A stretch of 64,000 bases of DNA, from IMG/VR virus record IMGVR_UViG_3300009647_000160; one strand, given 5' to 3'. The position numbers were made by a program, and so were the translations under genes. Under the pieces are notes generated by a model, which saw only the letters and a program-made list of their open reading frames with translations, did not search any database and was not told the DNA's origin. This stretch comes from an uncultured virus (IMG/VR IMGVR_UViG_3300009647_000160). Lineage: Duplodnaviria > Heunggongvirae > Uroviricota > Caudoviricetes. Of the stretch, positions 1 to 8,685 are shown one piece after another; the first letter of the stretch is position 1, and each line of letters opens with the position of its first letter.

Positions 1-395
1 ACATGACCGAGTCCAGTAGTTTGCTTGTTAGATGCAATTGCAGTAAAAGTCGGCATTAGTGATTTCATCAAATAGAAAAAATACTGCCTGTCTATTTCAG
101 ATATGGGGGTAACCTTAAAGATATGCTGATTTAGCCAGCCATCTGGAAGGTTATACCAAAAAACATCTATTGAGGTTTGCGGATTGCCAGACCACGAAAA
201 GAGCATATCACCCGCACGGAGATACACTTCATCATCAAATGTTTGCTCTGTAAGCTGTGTTTGCTCCGTTATTCCGTTCTTCAATTCTGCTATTTTGATA
301 ACTGGGCGACCACGCTTTGAAAAATTGATATTTCGGAAAGCAAGACCATTTTTCCACTTGGCAAGGTCATAAAGAGGGATTCGTTTATATGTCAT
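1..395 (-). CDS. hsdS: Type I R-M specificity subunit, N-terminal part (runs off window start)
   Basis: Manual translation from ATG at 395 (overlaps hsdM stop): MTYKRIPLYDLAKWKNGLAF...PVIKIAEL...AGDMLFSWSG...GWLNQHIFKV, a typical HsdS TRD pattern; directly downstream of hsdM. Confidence 0.85.
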   Translation of the reverse strand, partial: MTYKRIPLYDLAKWKNGLAFRNINFSKRGRPVIKIAELKNGITEQTQLTEQTFDDEVYLRAGDMLFSWSGNPQTSIDVFWYNLPDGWLNQHIFKVTPISEIDRQYFFYLMKSLMPTFTAIASNKQTTGLGH

Positions 396-1294
396 ACCCA
401 ATCGCCCCCAGTCTCTTCCGAATTTCGTCCTCCAGCTCGTGGGAACGCTGGAACATCTCCGAGAGCTCACCTGTCAAGCGCGTCATCTTTTCCTCAAACG
501 GCTCGTCGTCGTCCTCCTGCTCCTCAATGCCGACATAGCGTCCCGGAGTTAAAATGAAGTCCTGCTTTGCGATGTCTTCGGTGGTGACCGCCGCGCAATA
601 ACCCTTCACATCCTCGAGTGTTCCGGCATCGAAAGCTTCAAATGTCGCGGCGAGCTTTTCAATCTCATCATCTGACAGCTCGCGGTGAACGCGGTCAATC
701 AGCGTTCCCATTTTACGGGCATCCACAAAGAGCGTTTTACCCTTTTGCTTTTTGTTACGGTTGACAAACCAAAGCGTTGCAGGAATCGTCACGCCGTAAA
801 ACAGATTGGACGGCATAGCTATAATACCCTCCACTAAATCGTCCTCAACAATTTTGCGGCGGATTTCACCCTCGCCGCCGCTCTGTGACGAAAGGGAGCC
901 ATTGGCTAGAACCATGCCTATTTTTCCGTTGGGCGCAAGATGGTAGATCATGTGCTGAAGCCATGCGAAGTTGGCGTTGCCCGTAGGCGGCAGTCCATAT
1001 TTCCAGCGTGGGTCATCGTTTAGAGAGCCGTCGTTCCAGTCGGATAGATTAAATGGCGGATTGGCAAGGATAAAGTCAGCTTTGAGCTGTGGGTGCAAGT
1101 CGTGATGGAAGGTATCGTCATTCGTAGCGCCGAGGTCTGCCTCGATGCCGCGTATCGCAAGGTTCATCATAGCCAGCTTGCGTGTGGTCGGGTTGGAATC
1201 CTGACCGTAGATTGAAATGTGACCGCGTTCACCGCTGTGCTCACGAACGAACCGCTCGGATTGAACAAACATCCCGCCAGAACCACAGCAGGGG
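385..1294 (-). pseudogene. hsdM: Type I R-M methyltransferase, C-terminal part, separated by prophage insertion
   Basis: DPCCGSGGMF (motif I), ANPPFN (motif IV), LTPGRYVG; codons upstream of 1296 in ORF 385-1371 are prophage-derived. Confidence 0.93.
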
Positions 1295-1320
1295 TCTATA
1301 AAGACGTAATCTTTGATACA
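1279..1320. other. Left attachment junction (hsdM half + TC core + phage arm 1297-1320)
   Basis: Phage arm (minus) TGTATCAAAGATTACGTCTTTATA is an imperfect inverted repeat of the right-end arm TGTATCAAATTTTGCGTCTTAATT (58068-58091). Confidence 0.88.
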
Positions 1321-1344
1321 AGCCCGGTCGCCAGAAAAGTGTAT

Positions 1345-1392
1345 AAAAACAGCGAAAACCGCAGGAAACAAGGCGTTTCTTGCGGTTTTCGC
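1345..1392 (-). terminator. Probable intrinsic terminator at the end of the defence operon, just inside the att site
   Basis: 18-bp stem with one mismatch (1352-1369 / 1375-1392) followed on the minus strand by TGTTTTT. Confidence 0.6.
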
Positions 1393-1534
1393 GGTGTTTG
1401 TCGTTATTCAATTTGCCCCATCAAGCCCCGTCCGGAGCGCGGCTGATGTTGGTGTTGGCGGTTCCGTGAGGCTGGCTCAGGGAATAATTAAAAAGTATGC
1501 CAAAATTAAATGGTTCGGGCAAAATTAAAAAGTA

Positions 1535-4500
1535 TCAGTCGACGACTTCAATCCAACCATTATTCAAGCACATGGTCAGGTCATACTTGACATCCTGACC
1601 GGCCTTATCCCCACTCTCGAAATTCAAGACCACATACTCTCCGTCGCATCCAACTACACGAGCGTATGCTTTCTTCGATTTGTGGAACACCCGTCTACCA
1701 ATGAGCTCGCCATATGCGCTTGTATCGCTCTGCAGTCCTTCTTCTTCCGGCTCCGGAGTAGAATGTGGAGTCTCTTCCTTAACAGGCTGCACAGGTGCAA
1801 CTCTATTCGACTCCGGCGCTTTTGCCACTTCCTTCGGCTTGGGCTTACTGGCAGTCTGCGGTTGGGCTTTGCGCTCCTCTGCAGCTTTTTTCTTCAGCTT
1901 CAGAAGCTCTATAATTTCAGCGATATGAGTAGGTGTGAACCAGAAATCATAGTCGTTGATAGCAACTGAAACGTGGTCATTCTCCTCAATGTCATTTTCT
2001 GACACATCAAGGATGGAATCTATTAGCCGGTCTGCCAGGTACTTATCATTTCGCAGCGTTCTAAACTTTGCGGCGCAATTCGGACAAAGGCAGACGTTCA
2101 ACGGGTCGAGCTCTACATCCGGCTTCTGTTCCAGCTGGCACATTTCCACATTGGAGAACGGCTTGTGGCACAGCTGGCAGGCATACCGATAAGACGAGTT
2201 TACGCGATACATATTCATCAGGTATGCGCGGACATCGTCTTGCGGTCGACTGACGCGGATACGCCTGACGACAGTCGCATATACGGTTGGGCTGGCATAG
2301 GACAGTATTTGAGCGGCATGCTTCTTCAGCGCCTCCCAGTTCTTAACGGAACCGGTCGGGAACTCAAATTCGTCCTCCTCAGATTGACCAGTAGAACCTT
2401 CTTGTAGAGACAGCCCACCAAATTCACGGCTGAGCTGCTCCGGCGTAATGTGGAATCGGCGCTCCAACTCGATTTCAAAATAGGTTTGTTTCTTCTCATC
2501 TGGCAAGGCATCGTAATCCTTGACAATAGCCTCATGCTGGTCAATTTTCCCTTTCTTAAATCCAAGAATGTCGTACAAATTTGAATCAAGGCTTACCTTC
2601 CCATATAGCGACTTGTTCAAATCGTGCTTTGATATGGCCTTGTGCGAGACCAGTTCTCCAGACTCAGTATAGAGCCATTTTCCGTTCCAGTCAGAAAGAC
2701 GCCAGTTAAACCCATCCCTGTTCAGAGTATGGATTACATCTGCAGGCTCGTCATATTTATTTGGCGTTCCTCCGCCGATATAAACAGTACCAACAAGGCG
2801 AGACATGTTCTCCTGCAGTGTCTTAAAAATCACCTGTGATTTTATTAAGGCGTCTTTAGCTTTCGCATGCTGGGAGATGTAGAGAAGGGCCTCTTCCAAC
2901 TTATCAATGCCGAGTTTCCAGCGAAAGTCTCCGGTCGTTCTCCACTCAGGCTGTCTGCCGGGATTGCCGGTATAGTATTCACCCCAGGTTTTTTCGTCCC
3001 TGGTGATGATTTTGTCTGTAACGCCAAGCGCCCGTAGGTCATCAAAGGTGATTCCGGCTGACTGGTATGCGTCAAAGTCGACAAAGTAGATATCCGGCGC
3101 AATGCCTTTGTAGTATTGCTCCAGCATTAGACCGGTTTCGGACTGAGGGAACCGAATAACCTTTGAATGTGGCCGTACCCAGTATGCCTTTCCTCCTGAC
3201 CTGCACTTTATGTAGAAGGCTTTCCGAACAATCTGTCTCAGGTCAGCCTCGTAGTCAGAATTCCTGAGATACTTGACAAGGGCGTGTATGTCTTGTACGT
3301 GCTCCTCAAATGAACCGCTAAAATCTGTACCAGCATACCGCTTTTCAAGAGATTTTACAAAGTGCTCGTACTCGTTGGGCGTCTTCAGGTGCAGTACATT
3401 TTCAAAGAAGGTTCGGCACTTCTCAAATAGATATGGATGGACAAATTCCACCTCGGCCTGCATTGCCTTCTTCGACGGAAGAAATACATTGGGCAAATAA
3501 GAAGACTGCGATTTTCGGTATGGAGCAACCATGCGGTTGGATGCTGTGCGGACAATCACAGCGTCGAGAATATTTCTGTAATTTGATTCGGAGAAAATAT
3601 TCGGGACAGTCTCATACAGCTTGTAAAGCCTAACGAGCCAGTCATTATCTCGGTTTTCCAAAAAACTGTGATTGTCGTTGAAGTAGCTTCTAATGTCTTC
3701 CGGACGGATAACCTCTATTCCCAAAATGCTGGAGAAATAAGAGAGCACATCTTTGTACGGGCCTGTCTCCGTCAACGAAACCGGAAGCCATTCATAATGT
3801 CTTTTGTCGTTGATAAGTTCCGAGATTAACTCGCTGGGCAATAGCTCTGCAATTTCTCTGCTTCTCGCAATAACTGCATTGGCAGCCTTAGTGTAGCCCT
3901 TCCCATCCTTAACCGGCAAAACGCGCTCCGACGAAAACAAATCCCGCATTTCTTCGTATAAAGGATAGAAAAGCGGATAGACATCAAAGTCGTCCTCATC
4001 AAGAGGAAGAATCCGAATCAGGCTCAAGTCAAGGAGTCCCATATTGCGCAGCTCAAGGACACTCTGTCTGAGGAGCTTTGCCGTTTGTTCAGCAAGAGCC
4101 TCGTTTTCCTCCTCATCGGCAGGAACACTGCTCCGGTTTGGAGTAGTGCGGAACGGGCCTTGGACAATGAAGTCAAGTTTGCTTTCGGTCTCTGTCGGGA
4201 AGTAAACGGAGATATACGGATTCTTTGCTTTTTGGAAAGTGGTTTTTCCTTCTTTGTCTGTTGCGACAGTGAACGCAACGTCAATTGTACGGGTAGAAAC
4301 CCTCGAATCAATCGGCATCGAAAATTTGATGAATGACAGAGACTCGTCCGTCTTATCATCCTCGGATTCAATTGCCGACACGCGGGTGCAGTGGTCATTT
4401 ACCGGCTCAGCATCCAGTAAATATTCCCCTGATGCTTCTTTGCCCGGAATCTTGATTTCGTACTCAATGAGTTCGAGGTGCCGCATGAAAAGGAGTGTGG

Positions 4501-5062
4501 TCACTCCGAGATTTTTGAGTCGCTTTGTAATAGCTTCATTCAGCGCAGCCAGATTTTTAAATCCCGAAAACTGGAATCCAACGCTATATGGGAACACGAA
4601 GAGGGTCGTATAGCCAGCCGGAACATCAACGGCAGGGATATCTACGGGCTTCGTGAAGTCCTTTATCTCAACAGCGAAGGGATGGCAATTCTCTGCCAGC
4701 TCCTTTTTGCGCGGCGAGCTATACAGCCTGACCGTTTCACATATGCCAAAGACTGATTTGAAGCCGACACCGAATTCGCCAATCTGGTTTAAATCATTAA
4801 CCTTGTCCGACTGCCCTATGTCGCACAGGCCCTGCAGGTTCTCCGTAGTGAAGGATTTTCCATCGTGCATCACTTCAAGCCTGTCAGAGTATTGGACAAA
4901 CCGAATTCCGGTAGCTCCTGCGTCTTCCGCGTTCTGGAGCAGTTCGTAGACAAAGTGTGATTTATCGGTATAGAGCTGAATTATCCGTTCGAGCGACCGC
5001 CTGAGCATGCCGTCCCTATCTTGATTCTGGAGAATCTTATCAGCTATATTCAAAGCGCTCAC
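1535..5062 (-). CDS. Sacsin-like GHKL ATPase with C-terminal Zn-binding HNH-like domain and SH3/Tudor-like tail; putative defence protein
   Basis: ELLQNAEDA and IGEFGVGFKSVF (sacsin-type GHKL motifs); CQLC...LCPNC; terminal GRRVFH...VVLNF. Confidence 0.75.
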   Translation of the reverse strand: MSALNIADKILQNQDRDGMLRRSLERIIQLYTDKSHFVYELLQNAEDAGATGIRFVQYSDRLEVMHDGKSFTTENLQGLCDIGQSDKVNDLNQIGEFGVGFKSVFGICETVRLYSSPRKKELAENCHPFAVEIKDFTKPVDIPAVDVPAGYTTLFVFPYSVGFQFSGFKNLAALNEAITKRLKNLGVTTLLFMRHLELIEYEIKIPGKEASGEYLLDAEPVNDHCTRVSAIESEDDKTDESLSFIKFSMPIDSRVSTRTIDVAFTVATDKEGKTTFQKAKNPYISVYFPTETESKLDFIVQGPFRTTPNRSSVPADEEENEALAEQTAKLLRQSVLELRNMGLLDLSLIRILPLDEDDFDVYPLFYPLYEEMRDLFSSERVLPVKDGKGYTKAANAVIARSREIAELLPSELISELINDKRHYEWLPVSLTETGPYKDVLSYFSSILGIEVIRPEDIRSYFNDNHSFLENRDNDWLVRLYKLYETVPNIFSESNYRNILDAVIVRTASNRMVAPYRKSQSSYLPNVFLPSKKAMQAEVEFVHPYLFEKCRTFFENVLHLKTPNEYEHFVKSLEKRYAGTDFSGSFEEHVQDIHALVKYLRNSDYEADLRQIVRKAFYIKCRSGGKAYWVRPHSKVIRFPQSETGLMLEQYYKGIAPDIYFVDFDAYQSAGITFDDLRALGVTDKIITRDEKTWGEYYTGNPGRQPEWRTTGDFRWKLGIDKLEEALLYISQHAKAKDALIKSQVIFKTLQENMSRLVGTVYIGGGTPNKYDEPADVIHTLNRDGFNWRLSDWNGKWLYTESGELVSHKAISKHDLNKSLYGKVSLDSNLYDILGFKKGKIDQHEAIVKDYDALPDEKKQTYFEIELERRFHITPEQLSREFGGLSLQEGSTGQSEEDEFEFPTGSVKNWEALKKHAAQILSYASPTVYATVVRRIRVSRPQDDVRAYLMNMYRVNSSYRYACQLCHKPFSNVEMCQLEQKPDVELDPLNVCLCPNCAAKFRTLRNDKYLADRLIDSILDVSENDIEENDHVSVAINDYDFWFTPTHIAEIIELLKLKKKAAEERKAQPQTASKPKPKEVAKAPESNRVAPVQPVKEETPHSTPEPEEEGLQSDTSAYGELIGRRVFHKSKKAYARVVGCDGEYVVLNFESGDKAGQDVKYDLTMCLNNGWIEVVD

Positions 5063-5066
5063 CTCT

Positions 5067-8000
5067 TTACTTTACCGTGATAACCCCGTTTGCAATCAAC
5101 GTAGTATGTATATCTGCCTTCGCAATCTTCGCTTCAATCTCTGAAACCTTCTGCTGATAACGCTGTGTAGCGTTTTCCAATTCAGAGCGATGCATAGTTG
5201 CAATTCGTTCATCCCCGGCCTCAGCAATTTTTCTTTCCAAGACCAATTTCTGGTTTCGGTAATTGTTCTTTAAGCTCTCTAATTTATAGCGAGCGACTTG
5301 CCTTGTAGACTCTGTATGCTGGGCTTTCTCAGCTTGCCACATCCGGACATGGTGTTCCTCCAAAGCATCCCATGCCTCCGGCTTTAGCTTTGAAGAATAG
5401 TCAACTGCAGCAGCTGTCAGGATGTATTCCGGGAGCTCTGCTGCAATTCTCGGTTCTTCACAGATTGCTACCAATTTGAAATTTGAACGAATCCCAACAT
5501 AATCCCACGCATAAATAGACATCGGGTAATCACCGGCTGGAATCTCGTCAGAGTAGTATTCCAAGTGAATATAAACGAGCTTGTTGGTGGCAAAATAGGA
5601 TGCGGCTTGTTTGACCAGCGGGTGCACCGGAGTAACGAAAAAGGCGGTTCGGTTTTTCTCGGCAGCTTCTGAATCAAAAGTAATCGGGTGGTTCGGATTG
5701 TTGCCCTTAAGATAAACCTCCCATTTCCTACGCAGGCTGTTCCGCAGGCCAGTCAGATTTCTGAGGTCAGACAGGATTTCAGAACGCGCCACTGCACTGA
5801 GGCGCAGCGTTTTCAGAGCACCATCACCAAGGATATAATTGCTACCACCTAATCGGTGATTGAGATACATCTCGACAAGGTGCTGAATGCTTCTGGCCGA
5901 CAGGAAGGGACTTTCTGCCTCCTGAATTTCCTTTGACATCGTATAGTTCGACAAATCGAACCCGAATAGCTCCTTCTCCTCGCTTTCCAGCTTGTTCAGC
6001 TCCTGGGCTTTGCGCACCTCATTATCGGCCATCTGCTCCAGCTTTGCTTTTCGCTCTGCATCCGTAAGGCTGGTATCCAGTGCTATCAGCTCAATTTGCC
6101 TGCCGATTTCGCCGAGAATCTCCTCGCATTCACCGATGCTCCCTTCAAAAACACCGATGCGAGAGAGGCAGCGGTCATAAATGTCAGCGTCCACAGTATC
6201 ACTGGTGATAACGTTATAGATGTTTACAACTTCGCTCCCTTGGCCTCGGCGGTCGATACGACCAATGCGCTGCTCGATGCGCATGGGATTCCAAGGCAGG
6301 TCATAGTTTATCATCATGTCACAGAACTGATAGTCCAAGCCTTCAGAGCCGACTTCTGTGAAAAGCATGATGTCAATGGCTTCCGGGTCATCCTTCGGGA
6401 GTTCAAACCGAGCCCGGAAATCCAGCCGGTCATCATTTTTAACGCTACCATCGATTTGCTCGACACGAAATCCCGCTTCTCGCAGCTTTCTTTTGATATA
6501 ATACAGCGTGTAGCGGAATGTGCTGAACAGGATGATTTTATTATTTTCAGATTTCTGCTTTTCTCGGATAATCTGGAGCACCCCATCGAATTTTGGGTCG
6601 TCCTCCGGCAGGTTATCCGCCATTTCCAGAATGTTCTTTGCGATGGAGCGGAATGTCTCCAAGTCCATCTCACTGAACTCGCCTTCATCAAAATCAAATT
6701 CCGGGTCGTCCGTCATCTGCTCGAATCTGCGGTCAATGATATCCCGAATGTGCGGAGCAAGGCCAAAGATGCAGCTTGCAGCCTGACGGCGAATCGTTGA
6801 CATCATAAATTTGACGCCACGTCCACCGTGCAATTTGGACAGCGCGGCCACTTCAAAAGTCAACAGAGCATCATGGAGCTCCCGCTGTTGGTCGGTAAAA
6901 TCGCTCTCCAGCGTATGTGTTCTCCGAATGCAGAAATCTTGGATATCCTTTCTGCGCGTCCGGTTGAGCATCATATTGAAGCTGTGGAGAGACTCAATAT
7001 CGGTAATGAGCTTTACCCGCTCCTCACGGGTGATGGTGTCCTGTCTGAGAACCTTCCGGATTTGCTCAAATACCGGATTGTTTGCGATTACATTTTCGCC
7101 CCATTGGGTCGTGAGAACACTGTCCAGCATCTCCAGTGCTTCTGCTTTCCAGTTTTCCTTCGCAGCTCGAACGATGTGGGCGCACTGAGAGATATACGGA
7201 TTCGGACGCGACATCATCGTGAAGCTCTTCTTGTCGATTACGACATCCGGGCGCAGCAGATTAAGCAGCGTGTACAGGTCGTCGTCACTTGTCTGCAGCG
7301 GAGTCGCGGTAAGCATTACGACAGCGTCTGCGTGCTGGCAGAAGTAGTGGACGCACTTATATGCAAATGCCTTGTCCTTCTCCATGCTGCCATTGCGCAG
7401 ATGGTGGGCCTCATCAATGATGACCAAATCAAAATGCGGTGCCGGGTCTAATTGTTGGAGGCCGAAGCTCTTATGGCGCTTGGATTGGTTCCCTTGGTAT
7501 GTCCTCGCATCCAGAATGGAATAAGGGACGATGACCTTTCCAAAGCGGGCAGGCCATTCACCGTCACGGTCGGTATCAGAGATAATCTGCCGAAGAGTAT
7601 CGCCATCCAAGGGCGTGAATTCCTCGTCAAAGCGCTTCATCTCATTTTCCCACTTGCGGTCTGCGACGAGCGGCTTCGGGCAGATAATCATGATGTTTTC
7701 CAAATCGGAGCGGGCCTGCAGCTCCTTGATAATCAGACCGGCCTCGATGGTTTTACCGACACCGACGCTGTCTGCAATCAGAATCCTTGGTTCGTCTGCC
7801 TTTATCAGCTTCAATGCCGGTCGGAACTGATAGGGCACGAAATCGATACGGGCAGCATTAAGGGAATACAGATTTCCGGCTGACGGATTGTTAATCTGGT
7901 AGGCAGAGAGATAGCTTCGCAGGGTCTCAGAATCCACCCACTCATATTCAGGTGTGCTGCTCACCAGCGCAATCTGACCCTCATAATAGGTCTTTAGCGC

Positions 8001-8669
8001 ACCTTCGACGAATACCTCGTACTTCTTTGTATCGCCAAGCTGCGTAACAGAAAACACCATACCCTTGGTGTCCGGGCTGCCGACGATGTAGACGAGGCTT
8101 CTCTCTGTGATATCGTCCTCCTGTACAACCTCCGGTTCCACGATGACAGCTGCCTGCTTGGGCGCAGTAACGGTCGGGCGGAGCACTGGCTGCGGAGGTG
8201 TTTCATCCTTGAATGCTTCGGGACGCTCCACCCTTGCTTTGAACTGTTCCAAATCAGGAATCAATCCGCTCCGGTTCATTTGGGCGAAAAACCGGATGAG
8301 GCATTCAATATCCGATACGATGGTATCCTTGCCGGGGAGCTCCGCGCTGACGTGCGCCCAGTTGTTCCGGACACCAATCATATCACGGATGCACTCACGT
8401 TCACTGGTCGGAAGATAGGCATAACCGCGCATCGTGTACCATGACTTGTTGGCAACACGAAGAAGCGCCGCAAGGTCTAATTCCTCCAGCTTGGAAAGAC
8501 CCTTTTTCTCAATGAGCTCTCTCTGGGGATAGCTCAGATTGGAGAGTACGCACTCCTCCCACCAGTCTTCACCGGATTTGGGCAGCATCACAGAAAGCCA
8601 CGACGCCAGTGCTTGCGCGGCCTTGTGAAGATAATCGTTCATCCGGGATATGATGTTCTCGTCGTACAT
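5067..8669 (-). CDS. SNF2/RapA-family helicase with N-terminal Swt1-like HEPN domain
   Basis: RNNWAH (Rx4H) near aa 101; ADSVGVGKT, DEAHH, TATP, NYDLPWNPMRIEQRIGRIDR. Confidence 0.85.
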   Translation of the reverse strand: MYDENIISRMNDYLHKAAQALASWLSVMLPKSGEDWWEECVLSNLSYPQRELIEKKGLSKLEELDLAALLRVANKSWYTMRGYAYLPTSERECIRDMIGVRNNWAHVSAELPGKDTIVSDIECLIRFFAQMNRSGLIPDLEQFKARVERPEAFKDETPPQPVLRPTVTAPKQAAVIVEPEVVQEDDITERSLVYIVGSPDTKGMVFSVTQLGDTKKYEVFVEGALKTYYEGQIALVSSTPEYEWVDSETLRSYLSAYQINNPSAGNLYSLNAARIDFVPYQFRPALKLIKADEPRILIADSVGVGKTIEAGLIIKELQARSDLENIMIICPKPLVADRKWENEMKRFDEEFTPLDGDTLRQIISDTDRDGEWPARFGKVIVPYSILDARTYQGNQSKRHKSFGLQQLDPAPHFDLVIIDEAHHLRNGSMEKDKAFAYKCVHYFCQHADAVVMLTATPLQTSDDDLYTLLNLLRPDVVIDKKSFTMMSRPNPYISQCAHIVRAAKENWKAEALEMLDSVLTTQWGENVIANNPVFEQIRKVLRQDTITREERVKLITDIESLHSFNMMLNRTRRKDIQDFCIRRTHTLESDFTDQQRELHDALLTFEVAALSKLHGGRGVKFMMSTIRRQAASCIFGLAPHIRDIIDRRFEQMTDDPEFDFDEGEFSEMDLETFRSIAKNILEMADNLPEDDPKFDGVLQIIREKQKSENNKIILFSTFRYTLYYIKRKLREAGFRVEQIDGSVKNDDRLDFRARFELPKDDPEAIDIMLFTEVGSEGLDYQFCDMMINYDLPWNPMRIEQRIGRIDRRGQGSEVVNIYNVITSDTVDADIYDRCLSRIGVFEGSIGECEEILGEIGRQIELIALDTSLTDAERKAKLEQMADNEVRKAQELNKLESEEKELFGFDLSNYTMSKEIQEAESPFLSARSIQHLVEMYLNHRLGGSNYILGDGALKTLRLSAVARSEILSDLRNLTGLRNSLRRKWEVYLKGNNPNHPITFDSEAAEKNRTAFFVTPVHPLVKQAASYFATNKLVYIHLEYYSDEIPAGDYPMSIYAWDYVGIRSNFKLVAICEEPRIAAELPEYILTAAAVDYSSKLKPEAWDALEEHHVRMWQAEKAQHTESTRQVARYKLESLKNNYRNQKLVLERKIAEAGDERIATMHRSELENATQRYQQKVSEIEAKIAKADIHTTLIANGVITVK

Positions 8670-8685
8670 TCTGCTTCACCAGCCT

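Noticed and set aside
1297..1371. N-terminal extension of ORF 385-1371 as a phage-supplied restart for hsdM
   Set aside because: The TTG lies within the terminator hairpin with no SD, and the product would lack the HsdM N-terminal domain; likely chance read-through
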